Below, piece after piece: positions 19,274 through 28,651 of a stretch of DNA of 64,000 nt. Below the pieces are notes generated by a model that did not search any database, had not been told where the DNA came from, and was given only the letters and a program-made list of their open reading frames with translations. The DNA is from Escherichia phage vB_EcoM-G28: the sequence record NC_054916.1. One strand, 5' to 3'. The stretch's first letter is position 1, and the number at the start of each line of letters is the position of its first letter. Both the position numbers and the translations under genes were made by a program.

Positions 19274-20182
19274 TTAAGATTTAAGTAAATCAACAATTTT
19301 AATTAATTTTTCACGTTCAGATTTAGCTTTACTACTCAATCCAGATAGTCTGAAAATTTCATCGTCATATTGTTGAATAGAAATATTCAGCTCTTCAATT
19401 TGCTTATTAAAATAATCAATTTGTTCAGAATGTTTTTCGTTACTACGAACTGGTACAGGTTTTGTAGGCAATTTAGTTAAACTGGATTCATCCGGGCGAT
19501 AAATTAAAATACAACTTGAACCAATCGGGCATTTAGCACCAGATGAATATTCTAACGTTCCAGCTTCTTTTAAAACTTCAAAAGCTAAACAGAGATGATG
19601 CCCCATATTAACATAATCTGTAGAGCGAGCTCTGACGTAATAATCATCGCCGCGAATACTAAATTTAAAGCATTTAAGGTCTTCTGTATTATTGGTCTTA
19701 AAAATCATTTGTTTATCTAGACCTTTAGCTAATCGAGCGCCTAATGCTAATAATCGTCGTTGATTTTCCCACAAATCCGCAATCATTTGATCGAATGATA
19801 ATTTCGGCATTAGTCGACCATAAAGGTCATATCCTTTATTATAATTGCGAAGGATTTCACTCGCGTTAATACGAGACAACGCTCCAATTTTATTAAGGGC
19901 TTTCATGATGCGATTAGATAAACCCATTCCAGACCCGTTTGTTCGTTGTAAATGTTTATCTAATCCAAACCCAATATCAACTTTAAATTTATCTAAAATT
20001 TCAGCATGAACATCTCTGTCAATAACATTCAAATCCAAAGTTGGGTTAAATCTATGAAAAAATTTATCTGGCTCTCCACGACGAAGTATAGTCCATTCAT
20101 TCAATTTTTTATTAACTAAAGATTTAATTACTGCATTGACATTATTAATTACTACTGACATATTTTCCTCACTCAATTTCAA
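19274..20182 (-). CDS. Hypothetical protein (302 aa) with C-terminal coiled coil
   Basis: ORF in track. Confidence 0.6.
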   Translation of the reverse strand: MKLSEENMSVVINNVNAVIKSLVNKKLNEWTILRRGEPDKFFHRFNPTLDLNVIDRDVHAEILDKFKVDIGFGLDKHLQRTNGSGMGLSNRIMKALNKIGALSRINASEILRNYNKGYDLYGRLMPKLSFDQMIADLWENQRRLLALGARLAKGLDKQMIFKTNNTEDLKCFKFSIRGDDYYVRARSTDYVNMGHHLCLAFEVLKEAGTLEYSSGAKCPIGSSCILIYRPDESSLTKLPTKPVPVRSNEKHSEQIDYFNKQIEELNISIQQYDDEIFRLSGLSSKAKSEREKLIKIVDLLKS

Positions 20183-20576
20183 TTTTACTAAATATACAGA
20201 ATAAGATGGAACAGACTATATAAGCACCACACACAGATTGAACTAATACCATTCCAAAGAACCAAACAATATTATCAAACAATGTCTGTTTTACGTCGAA
20301 AGGACGTAAACTTACAGTAATATTATCGCCTTTTTCTATTGATGAATACATCTCTGGTGAAATATATTCGCTAAATCTATAACCGTCTTTGAGTTCATAT
20401 ACGGCAATAAACGATAAACTAGACCCCTTTCCTTGAGTTACTGTAAGGGTATTAACTACAGTAACATCATAATCTTTATAATACATATAATCATTAATTG
20501 CGTAATAACCATATGCAATTACTATACATAAACAACATATCAATAAATTCAATCTTTTAATTATCAACTGTTTCAT
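20169..20576 (-). CDS. Membrane protein (135 aa)
   Basis: Hydrophobic segments at both ends. Confidence 0.5.
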   Translation of the reverse strand: MKQLIIKRLNLLICCLCIVIAYGYYAINDYMYYKDYDVTVVNTLTVTQGKGSSLSFIAVYELKDGYRFSEYISPEMYSSIEKGDNITVSLRPFDVKQTLFDNIVWFFGMVLVQSVCGAYIVCSILFCIFSKIEIE

Positions 20577-20605
20577 AATAATCTCAATTAAAAGGGCTTA
20601 GAACC

Positions 20606-20628
20606 ATTATACCATCCTTGGTATAAAG
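20606..20628 (-). promoter_or_regulatory. Promoter-like element (CTTTAT, TATAAT -10)
   Basis: Weaker member of the early-promoter family upstream of 20169-20576. Confidence 0.4.
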
Positions 20629-20631
20629 CGG

Positions 20632-21159
20632 TTATGCGAGTACCGTCTTTAACCGTTCTTCAAACTTCCGAAGAGTATTTTGGCGTTCAGCTCTTTGCTT
20701 TTTGTAAGTTTCAATACGCTCTGAAATGAGAGAGTATCGTTCATTTACTGATTCTTTCATAAAATCAGGAATTTCACGAGAAGCTTTAATCTCGTCAAAT
20801 TTATCAATAACAGCTTGCTCTTCAGCAATTAAGTTATCATACATCAAAATATCTTTCTTGATGAACTCAATATCTTCTTGAGTTACACGAGATAATTTAG
20901 ATGCTTTATCCTTTTTGTACTGTTCGTTAGTATCACGAGACCAGTGTAATGTACGATTTTTATTCGTATTCTTGTAAATTTCTACAATACCAATCTCATC
21001 GATAATAACGATCCAATTCCAACGGGATTTGTAAATTTGTCCTCCATCAACCGTGATTTCACCTCCGATTGAGATGTCATTAAAGAACTTGCTTTGTGCT
21101 TCAGATTTAAATTTACCATCGTTGTAATTTACCAGGTTGAAAATATCTTTAGCGTTCAT
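20632..21159 (-). CDS. Hypothetical protein (175 aa) with C-terminal coiled coil
   Basis: ORF in track; GGAGG SD before ATG. Confidence 0.55.
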   Translation of the reverse strand: MNAKDIFNLVNYNDGKFKSEAQSKFFNDISIGGEITVDGGQIYKSRWNWIVIIDEIGIVEIYKNTNKNRTLHWSRDTNEQYKKDKASKLSRVTQEDIEFIKKDILMYDNLIAEEQAVIDKFDEIKASREIPDFMKESVNERYSLISERIETYKKQRAERQNTLRKFEERLKTVLA

Positions 21160-21187
21160 TTTCTGTTCCTCCGTAGTTGATAGTTGT

Positions 21188-21217
21188 ATAGTACCACAGA
21201 GGAACAGTCTTGTAAAC
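21188..21217 (-). promoter_or_regulatory. Early promoter (GTTTAC, 18-nt spacer, TACTAT)
   Basis: Conserved repeat including ACAACTATCAAC start region. Confidence 0.6.
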
Positions 21218-21219
21218 CA

Positions 21220-21534
21220 CTAAAAGAAACTTCTTTCACAATTTTTTCCACTGAACCATGCGCTCACTGCTTTCTTAGTCTCAGGAGCAGTGTTATCCAT
21301 AAACCATTCAAAGGAAGCCTTTTTATGATTCTGGAGGGCTTCTCGGGCTTTAATCTGCTCACGGTCTATTAACACTAACATATGAGCCTTTCTTGTCACC
21401 ATGGGCTTCTTATGATTTTTTGAATATTCCCAATCATTTGTCCATCGCATCGTTGTTGCGAATTGAAGTACAGCTTCTTTAATTTTAGTTTCGTAAATTT
21501 CACGAGCCTTTGAGTATAACATCACTACCTCCAT
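21220..21534 (-). CDS. Hypothetical protein (104 aa)
   Basis: ORF in track. Confidence 0.5.
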   Translation of the reverse strand: MEVVMLYSKAREIYETKIKEAVLQFATTMRWTNDWEYSKNHKKPMVTRKAHMLVLIDREQIKAREALQNHKKASFEWFMDNTAPETKKAVSAWFSGKNCERSFF

Positions 21535-21623
21535 TTATCAGTTTAATTCTAGTCATCTTTTTAATGGCAGTCCATATAATCTATTTCTGAACTGCCTTTT
21601 TGTCATAGAAGTCCTCTTATGAA

Positions 21624-22604
21624 TTATTTCAGAAGAGTAACCTCAGCGATTTCTTCCCAACCGTTTTTGTCGGTCATAATAAAGTCAGCAAGATAAAGTG
21701 CAGTACGCAGTGAAACATTGCGTAAACGATTAACATTGACTTTCATCCATGATAATGCTTTATAAGTTTCTTCATCAGAAAGACCGCGCTTTTGCATCAT
21801 GTCAGTTGAAAGAATAACATCTTCAACCCTGACCATAATTTCTTCATTAGTGTGAACACCCAAATCTAAATAAACTGAGCGGGACACTAATGCTTGTAAA
21901 TGTGGAGCAAGTTTAGTACCACGGTCTAATTCGCGGTCAATGTCAACGTTTGTGATAAAAACAATCGTTCCTTTAAATTCAAACTCACGCTCAATGCCTT
22001 TTTCTTCTAAGTAAGAAGATGCAGTGCTCCAGCAGACTTTACGGGTCTCTCCAGTGTCCAGAGCAGCTTTCAGAAGATTAAGAATGTCCATATCAGAGAA
22101 AACATCCACATCATCAATCAAAAGGACAGAATTCTCTTCACGATTATTCCAAAGCTGTTCATAAAGACCGATACCAGAGATTTTACCATTAATGCTTTTA
22201 TATTCAATGTATCCAATATCATTTGCTTTATTTAAAGCTTTATCCAAAGAATACGTTTTACCAATACCTGCTGCTCCCGAGATAATTAATGAACGAATGT
22301 TTCCGTTAATAATACCATTCGTCATCATTCCCATAACATTAAATCTTTTATTAATGCGGGTTTTCATATCTTCATATGATTCTTTAACTTCTTCAACTTT
22401 TACACCATCATATGAAATGTCTGATTTGTAAACCCAAACACCACGACGTTTACCATCAATTTCAACAAAAACTTTACCATCTCCTTGTGCATCTACCGGA
22501 GCATTATCTGGGAACCATTCACCTAAGAGCTCAAAAGTTCCAGAGATTTCTTTACCAAAGTAGATACCCTTATTGATAGTTACAGTTTTCATTTTATTCT
22601 CCAA
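21624..22604 (-). CDS. P-loop (AAA-like) ATPase, nrdC.10 position; likely start at second ATG (22592)
   Basis: Walker A GAAGIGKT and Walker B VLLIDDVD. Confidence 0.7.
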   Translation of the reverse strand: MENKMKTVTINKGIYFGKEISGTFELLGEWFPDNAPVDAQGDGKVFVEIDGKRRGVWVYKSDISYDGVKVEEVKESYEDMKTRINKRFNVMGMMTNGIINGNIRSLIISGAAGIGKTYSLDKALNKANDIGYIEYKSINGKISGIGLYEQLWNNREENSVLLIDDVDVFSDMDILNLLKAALDTGETRKVCWSTASSYLEEKGIEREFEFKGTIVFITNVDIDRELDRGTKLAPHLQALVSRSVYLDLGVHTNEEIMVRVEDVILSTDMMQKRGLSDEETYKALSWMKVNVNRLRNVSLRTALYLADFIMTDKNGWEEIAEVTLLK

Positions 22605-22626
22605 ATCCGTATCAGTTGATAGTTGT

Positions 22627-22656
22627 ATAGTACCATAAAGCTTTATGCTTGTAAAC
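22627..22656 (-). promoter_or_regulatory. Early promoter (GTTTAC, 18-nt spacer, TACTAT)
   Basis: Conserved repeat with upstream A/T tract. Confidence 0.6.
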
Positions 22657-22686
22657 CGTTTTGTGAAAAAATTTTGAAATAAAAAA

Positions 22687-22704
22687 GGGAGCCTTCAGGC
22701 TCCC
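22687..22704 (-). terminator. Rho-independent terminator (GGGAGCC-TTCA-GGCTCCC then U-run on minus strand)
   Basis: Perfect hairpin directly 3' of the nucleotidyltransferase gene, followed by T6 on the minus strand. Confidence 0.6.
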
Positions 22705-22706
22705 TA

Positions 22707-23717
22707 TCATTTATAATAACTTCGGTGGTTTTCAAGATAGACCTTCTCAAGGAAGTCATCCCAGAAACCCATGTCCACTTTTTGCTGCATACCGTTCTTA
22801 GAAGCTTCAGTAGATGCTGCTTCTACTTGATCGACCACATCTTCCAAAAACTCTTGAACTGTTTTAAATGGATGCTTACCCAACTTCACGTCGAGAATAA
22901 ATGGAGCATCTTGGAGTGGATAAACCAAGTCACCAGTTTTGTAAATTTCCAATAGTTGGAGTCCACCACGACAAGCATGACTCAGAGCTTTCCAGTCAAT
23001 GCCCTCATTCGCTTCAGCCTTACGAGCGCGTTCGCCGTATTCAGCATCAAGTTTATTCAAAGATTGCTTAAGCTCGATAAGAGAAAGCGTTGTTTGATAT
23101 TTACGACCCAACACAGTGTAGAACGTTTGTGGGCCTGTTTTCTCATGATTATGGAACACCCATTCACAGAATTCGTTTTCTGGAAGACGATGCTTAATAT
23201 CTTCAACTTTAGTACGACGCTGCTTAATGGAACCGTCTTCTTGATAATCAACCCACTGATCAGGGATTTGATTAACTACTTTCAATACATCACGTAATGC
23301 GGCCAAACGAGAACCCTTAACGCCGTATTTAGAAGCTTGCTTGCGAACATATCCTAAATAGGATTTCATGTTAGTCGTATAAAAACGAGAACGATTGTCT
23401 TGAATAAACTTCCATACATCAGGCAAATCAGATTTAACCACTAGTTCAGGCGGAGTGTGAAGCATATCCAATGCTACAGTTTCACCATCTGCTGCTAATT
23501 TAAAGAAATACTTAAGACTGTATAGTTCATGGTCAATATCATCTTTAGTGTTTTTAGATGATGTGTTGTTAGTGTTTTTACTCATATGCTCTTTAACATT
23601 TCCGATAAGAATATCACGAGCAGGAGGAACAAAGATTTCTTTAAAATCTACATCAGATTCTGGAGTAGAAGTTCCATAAAGATGACTACCAAAATAAGAC
23701 TTAACTACAGTTTTCAT
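22707..23717 (-). CDS. Pol-beta-superfamily nucleotidyltransferase-like protein (about 336 aa), nrdC.11 position
   Basis: N-terminal GSHLYGTSTPESDVDF (GS...DxD) motif; track start is TTG, moved to ATG at 23717 with AAGG SD. Confidence 0.6.
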   Translation of the reverse strand: MKTVVKSYFGSHLYGTSTPESDVDFKEIFVPPARDILIGNVKEHMSKNTNNTSSKNTKDDIDHELYSLKYFFKLAADGETVALDMLHTPPELVVKSDLPDVWKFIQDNRSRFYTTNMKSYLGYVRKQASKYGVKGSRLAALRDVLKVVNQIPDQWVDYQEDGSIKQRRTKVEDIKHRLPENEFCEWVFHNHEKTGPQTFYTVLGRKYQTTLSLIELKQSLNKLDAEYGERARKAEANEGIDWKALSHACRGGLQLLEIYKTGDLVYPLQDAPFILDVKLGKHPFKTVQEFLEDVVDQVEAASTEASKNGMQQKVDMGFWDDFLEKVYLENHRSYYK

Positions 23718-24480
23718 TATTAGACCTTTCATAATCTTCATTAAATTGTACAATCAATCGATGATAATTAGATTTTGGATATCCTAATTTACTTATATAA
23801 GTTCCGAATGACCCACGTTTAGGTCTATTTAATTTAATCCATAACTTATAAAGTAAGTCATAGTCTTGCCAATGTTTACCAGTTCTTTGTCTAATTTTAG
23901 ATGAATTTGATTGTTTCTTTTTAGTTTCAAAATTATTCAAAGATTTTTTGACTGCAGCAGAGTGTTTTTCTTTAACTCCCGGTCGTTTAAAAGCAGCTTT
24001 CACCCCTTTAGATATTTTTTCTTTAACTTCCGGTTTGTTTTGTGCTTCTAACTGGGATTCTGAAATTTTAGCCCTTATTTCAGGAAGACTTAATGTTATC
24101 GAACGTTTTTCTCTGTATTCATTAGACTTCCACATTTCTTTCATTGTATTAGAATGTATTTTTGAAAATTTTTCTCTAACTAACTGATATCCTCTTGAAG
24201 TTAATTTGAGATTTCTTCCTAAAGAATCTTCTCCAAAATTATAAAATGACCACCATGCATAAATTAATCCAGGCGAATTATAATGAATTTTAGCTAAAAG
24301 CCAATGGGCTATAAAATGCTCTCTAGCTGTTAATAAAACTAGATTATCAGAATCATCATTACCACCAATACAAGATGGAATAATATGATGCTTTTCCGTA
24401 TAAAAATTTAATTTAGATTTATCTAATTTTCTGAGTTTTCCTTTCTTAATTAAATTATTATATACTTTAGTATAATTCAT
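23701..24480 (-). mobile_element. HNH homing endonuclease at the mobD position (Mob family)
   Basis: EKHHIIPSC...N...REH motif; N-terminus paralogous to the HNH at 784-1500; C-terminus paralogous to the HNH at 3197-4051. Confidence 0.8.
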
Positions 24481-24554
24481 TGGTTCTTCGTCTCATTTAA
24501 TTTTGCTTTGCATTTATAACACATGTCTGTTCCACTTGAAATAAACATATTTCC

Positions 24555-25088
24555 TCACTTCGAAATCATAGTTGGAATGACAGAATCAAGATAAGTCTTT
24601 AGCGCAATAGCTTCGTCTTTGGTAAATGTGACAATATGTGCTCGAGAATCATCATTTTGGCGAACAAGTACGACATCGCCATCTTCATAACATTTTGATA
24701 CATTTAAAAGAGTTTCATCATTCTGATTGCAAGCGTTAGTAATAATAGCATTGCAATTTTTGAGCCATTTTAAACTATGTTTTCTTTCATTAGAATAATA
24801 AAAATATTTAATCTTAGCTATAAAACTATCCCAATGGATAACTGATAAACACATTGACTCACTTTTAATATTAAATCCTGGGCATGAAGAATAAAAATGA
24901 ATTTTGTGCTCATCATTGATGCTTACTATTTTATCAGTATAAGGATATTCAATTTGGGTTAAATGAATGATTTCACTAGGCGTAAAATATAGCATATCGT
25001 CTTCTTGCGTCAAACGATACATGTTATTTACTTTTTCTATAGCCAATTCACCAAAAAGCGGACTAACTTCTAATACTAATCGTTTCAT
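24555..25088 (-). CDS. Hypothetical protein (177 aa)
   Basis: ORF in track. Confidence 0.5.
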   Translation of the reverse strand: MKRLVLEVSPLFGELAIEKVNNMYRLTQEDDMLYFTPSEIIHLTQIEYPYTDKIVSINDEHKIHFYSSCPGFNIKSESMCLSVIHWDSFIAKIKYFYYSNERKHSLKWLKNCNAIITNACNQNDETLLNVSKCYEDGDVVLVRQNDDSRAHIVTFTKDEAIALKTYLDSVIPTMISK

Positions 25089-25089
25089 A

Positions 25090-25368
25090 TTAATCCTTTT
25101 TATTGGAACGAATTTGTTCTAAAATTTTAGAGTATTCCTTTGTATCAGATTTACGTACAATCGATACGCTATAAGGCATACTATCAGTGTCTTTTATAAA
25201 TCGTTCCAAATGACACTCTAACAAAATTTCTGGATTATAAATCGTGTACATCAAATTACCTGTTGCTCCACGATATTGACAGATTTCTACTGATTGAGCA
25301 TCATTCCACAATTTTGTTAAAACTAAATCACCTACTTCTAATTTAGGAAAGCCCATGTTATTCACCAA
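25090..25368 (-). CDS. Hypothetical protein (92 aa)
   Basis: ORF in track. Confidence 0.45.
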   Translation of the reverse strand: MVNNMGFPKLEVGDLVLTKLWNDAQSVEICQYRGATGNLMYTIYNPEILLECHLERFIKDTDSMPYSVSIVRKSDTKEYSKILEQIRSNKKD

Positions 25369-25543
25369 TTAAAGTTTCAATATAAAAATCAAGATTTACT
25401 TTAGCTTCTTCCATAAGAGTTTTGTATTTAATCTTGTTGGCATGTCCGGAGAAAGCTGATTCATCAATAATTGTTGATGTATGAACAGCTTTACTATACG
25501 TCTCAATTAATTCTCTTAATTTAAAAGCCTGCTCACTTGTCAT
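25358..25543 (-). CDS. Hypothetical protein (61 aa)
   Basis: ORF in track; GAGGAG SD. Confidence 0.45.
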   Translation of the reverse strand: MTSEQAFKLRELIETYSKAVHTSTIIDESAFSGHANKIKYKTLMEEAKVNLDFYIETLIGE

Positions 25544-25675
25544 TACATACTCCTCTGAATCATATCAATAATGTTGTTCACCAGATTATAAGTAAACATT
25601 GGGTAATTATATTGAATCATCACATACACAACAAACAAAACTTTCATTCTCTTCTCCTTGATAGTTGACAAGATT

Positions 25676-25705
25676 ACTATATCATAACCTTGCCAACTTG
25701 TAAAC
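25676..25705 (-). promoter_or_regulatory. Early promoter (GTTTAC, 18-nt spacer, TATAGT)
   Basis: Conserved early-promoter repeat. Confidence 0.55.
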
Positions 25706-25870
25706 CATTAAATGACGTTTTCGATAAAATTCTGAAGCTTTGTGTGAGCATCAACCATGATTTTCATTTCTTCTTTAGCGAAAGCTGTGCCTCTTTCCCG
25801 AGAAGAACATTCATAGTCAGAAACTGCATTAGCATATTCTTCAATTAGCTTCATTAAAAACATCTGCTTT

Positions 25871-26065
25871 TCAGTTTTCATTATTCCACCTAATCATTTC
25901 AAGATATTGAACTAATTTAGCTTTAGATTTATCCAAATCCTTTTTAGCTGCTTCTATACCGTCGTATGAATATCCTTCACAATGCTCAACTGCTAATTGA
26001 TATGAATCTATTTCAATATCATGCGCTAATTTAATGATTTTTTCAAACTGTTCACGTGTTAGCAT
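25871..26065 (-). CDS. Hypothetical protein (64 aa)
   Basis: ORF in track. Confidence 0.4.
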   Translation of the reverse strand: MLTREQFEKIIKLAHDIEIDSYQLAVEHCEGYSYDGIEAAKKDLDKSKAKLVQYLEMIRWNNEN

Positions 26066-26067
26066 AC

Positions 26068-26286
26068 TTAAACTCTCGTATTATGATCGATAATTTCATC
26101 AAGAAACATATCTAACGCTTCTAAAGCATTATCAACTTTAGCTTCAAATTCTTCAATACCTGATAAGGCAAAGTTAATGCGTTCCTCATCTGCTTTACGA
26201 ATTAAAGCTACCAATTCCTTAATTTTATCCGCTTGTTCGATACTAATCATTATTCCACCACATATGAAAGAGAGAATATTGCACAC
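26068..26286 (-). CDS. Hypothetical protein (72 aa)
   Basis: ORF in track. Confidence 0.4.
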
Positions 26287-26438
26287 GCCATGTGAGTTGC
26301 AACTTCATCACACATATTATAACGTTTCTTGAGAAGTTCTACAAGTTCTTCACTAGTAACTTCATCCATGTCGACGAAAAAATCACCATTAATGATGACG
26401 TAGATATTTCCTTCTTGATTAAGTGCTTCAATTTTCAT
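26250..26438 (-). CDS. Hypothetical protein (about 62 aa from MKIEALNQ)
   Basis: Start moved to ATG at 26438 with AGAGGAG SD because the track start lies inside the promoter. Confidence 0.45.
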
Positions 26439-26466
26439 GATGTTCTCCTCTTTATCTGATAGTTGT

Positions 26467-26496
26467 ATAGTACCATAACTCAAACGGAAAGTAAAC
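26467..26496 (-). promoter_or_regulatory. Early promoter (GTTTAC, 18-nt spacer, TACTAT)
   Basis: Conserved early-promoter repeat. Confidence 0.6.
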
Positions 26497-26512
26497 CGGT
26501 AAAATGAAAAAA

Positions 26513-26528
26513 GTCTCCCGAAGGAGAC
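26513..26528 (-). terminator. Rho-independent terminator (GTCTCC-CGAA-GGAGAC then U-run on minus strand)
   Basis: Hairpin 3' of the 26534-26920 gene. Confidence 0.55.
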
Positions 26529-26533
26529 TAATG

Positions 26534-26920
26534 TTATTCAAGGGAAAGAAGATACTTACTCTGGTAAAACATTCCAGTAATATCATCTATCGTGCTTTGG
26601 ATGGCTGGAGGCATTTCTTTATAAATGCTGTTAGATTGGTCTAGTATGCGATCAATCATTTTAATTGTGTCGGTAGGAAGTTTACTGGCATCTGGAATTG
26701 AAGGTGTGTATTTTCTACCAGAATACCCCAAATATTGCTCACCAAATTTATCAATTAAATCTGGCAACTCGGAGAAAATAAAATCGTATGCTTTGTGTCT
26801 AGCATAACTTTTAGTTTCAAAATGTGCAGAATGAAAATAAGCTTGTGCAGCCATTAATAAACCTAAGTATTCATCTGCCTTTGAAGGTTTTCCACTTTGT
26901 GAAAAGTCGCTGAATTTCAT
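26534..26920 (-). CDS. Hypothetical protein (128 aa), rI.1 position
   Basis: ORF in track adjacent to rI. Confidence 0.55.
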
Positions 26921-27210
26921 TCAGTCTCCAATTTAATGTTCATAATTCTAGCGTATGATTGTGCCATCTCCGCGCCTCGTTCTATACATTCAAAATCAGA
27001 AGAGCACAGGTCATTTTTATAGGTCGTTCTCATAAAACTATAGAATTGTTCAGACGATTCTACGCTTTTATTTTCAAAAAGCATATAAACGTGCCTAATA
27101 CCAGATTCCATAAATTTATCAAAATGAGGATCGACATTCGCTTCAATCGATGGAGATAAAACAAATGACAATCCTAGCATGGCAAATAGTGCCGTTGCTT
27201 TTAAGGCCAT
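26917..27210 (-). CDS. rI: Lysis inhibition regulator RI
   Basis: 97 aa; MALKATALFAMLGLSFVLSPSIEANVDPHFDKF... matches T4 RI as I recall it. Confidence 0.9.
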   Translation of the reverse strand: MALKATALFAMLGLSFVLSPSIEANVDPHFDKFMESGIRHVYMLFENKSVESSEQFYSFMRTTYKNDLCSSDFECIERGAEMAQSYARIMNIKLETE

Positions 27211-27222
27211 AAATGCCTCCTA

Positions 27223-27435
27223 TCATTTTTGTCCTGTATTTACTTTATGCCGATGCACGGCCTTAACTTTATCAAGGTATTTTTCAAAATTTCGCAATCT
27301 AGTATAGTCTGCCGGAGATTGGTTGAGTGATACTTCTCGACGCAAAGCTGAAATGATATTTCCAACTTCCCTACGAATTTCATCTAATTGAAGCACAGTA
27401 AGATTGCGAAGTTGCTTTTCAGTTAATTGTAGCAT
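27223..27435 (-). CDS. Hypothetical protein (70 aa), rI.-1 position
   Basis: ORF in track. Confidence 0.5.
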
Positions 27436-27460
27436 ATATACCCCTTTAGTTAGATAAACC

Positions 27461-27468
27461 TATTTATA
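27461..27468 (-). promoter_or_regulatory. Late promoter TATAAATA (minus strand) upstream of the rI region
   Basis: Exact TATAAATA octamer about 26 nt upstream of ATG. Confidence 0.5.
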
Positions 27469-27477
27469 ACTTTTGCA

Positions 27478-28059
27478 CTAACCGAGCTTTTTAGTTAATT
27501 CATTCCAATGTTTTCTGCACAAAGAAACATAAATTTCATCACCAATACAGATTTGATTACCTTCTTTAACTGGTGTTCCATCTTCCATTAATCGAGCTGT
27601 CATAATCGCTTTTTTACCACAATGACAAACTGCCTTTAGTTCAATAAGTTTATCTGCAATCGCTAAAAGTTCTTTAGAACCTTCAAACAATTTTCCAGCG
27701 AAATCAGTCCTTAATCCATAAGCCATAACAGGAACATTATATGTATCAACAATTCGACTTAATTGATGCACCTGTTCAGTTTTTAAAAACTGAGCTTCAT
27801 CTACAAATACGCAATGAATATCTTTTTGTGCTTCAGCCCATTTATAGAACTCGAAAATATCCATATCATCTGTAATAATATTCGCTTCCTGCTTAATTCC
27901 AATGCGAGAAACGACTTCACAGACAGAATCGCGAGTATCAATAGCAGGCTTAAGAACTAATACACTCATTCCACGTTCTTTATAATTATGTGCAGCAGTC
28001 AAAAGAGAAGCAGATTTTCCAGCATTCATTGCTGCATAAGTAAAAATTAAACTCGCCAT
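27478..28059 (-). CDS. tk: Thymidine kinase
   Basis: 193 aa; P-loop AAMNAGKS; C-terminal zinc-binding cysteines. Confidence 0.95.
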   Translation of the reverse strand: MASLIFTYAAMNAGKSASLLTAAHNYKERGMSVLVLKPAIDTRDSVCEVVSRIGIKQEANIITDDMDIFEFYKWAEAQKDIHCVFVDEAQFLKTEQVHQLSRIVDTYNVPVMAYGLRTDFAGKLFEGSKELLAIADKLIELKAVCHCGKKAIMTARLMEDGTPVKEGNQICIGDEIYVSLCRKHWNELTKKLG

Positions 28060-28068
28060 ATCACCTTC

Positions 28069-28254
28069 TTAAAGCGTATTCACATAAGCTATTAATTCAT
28101 TTTCTTTCTTATCAAACCGATCAGCAAATTCTTCCTGCTGTTCGGGAGATAGCGGGCCGTATTCATCATAAAAGGTGTTTGCTTCTATATGCTCATCTAG
28201 AAGTTCATGGATAAGCTCAAACAATTTATCTTTTTGTTCTTTGCTTAGACTCAC
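28069..28254 (-). CDS. Hypothetical acidic protein (61 aa)
   Basis: ORF in track. Confidence 0.45.
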   Translation of the reverse strand: MSLSKEQKDKLFELIHELLDEHIEANTFYDEYGPLSPEQQEEFADRFDKKENELIAYVNTL

Positions 28255-28427
28255 AGTATGTCAATCCCCAAAAGTTTTAAAATGACTCGTTTCTGATTCA
28301 TAACCGCTACGATTGAATGACCGTTGGGGTCTTTTTGACCTGATCCAATTATAAATCCTTTTTGCGCAGAAAGTTCAATCAAAACATCAAGTTCACGTAA
28401 TAATTGATATTTTAAATCATCATTCAT
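28251..28427 (-). CDS. Small protein (58 aa), not in ORF track
   Basis: ATG at 28425-28427 overlapping the stop of the upstream gene; translation MNDDLKYQLLRELDVLIELS... Confidence 0.35.
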   Translation of the reverse strand: MNDDLKYQLLRELDVLIELSAQKGFIIGSGQKDPNGHSIVAVMNQKRVILKLLGIDIL

Positions 28428-28651
28428 TTTGGTTTACCTTCTTTAACGAAATCAGGATAAGGATAAAATCCCGAATAAAATCCTTCACCTTTATGATTGA
28501 TGCATCCTTTATTAGAACAATAGCACCAATAATCGAAATCACAAGCCATTTCATCGTTGCATAAAGCAAAAACAACCGGCCACTTACACTTTTCACAGTG
28601 GGCATTTTTAAGAATATTAGTTTGGCTCATAACCATGTAACCTTTAAGCAA
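28424..28651 (-). CDS. Cysteine-rich small protein (75 aa), probable zinc ribbon
   Basis: Nine Cys/His including CEKC and CYCSNKGC. Confidence 0.5.
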   Translation of the reverse strand: MLKGYMVMSQTNILKNAHCEKCKWPVVFALCNDEMACDFDYWCYCSNKGCINHKGEGFYSGFYPYPDFVKEGKPK

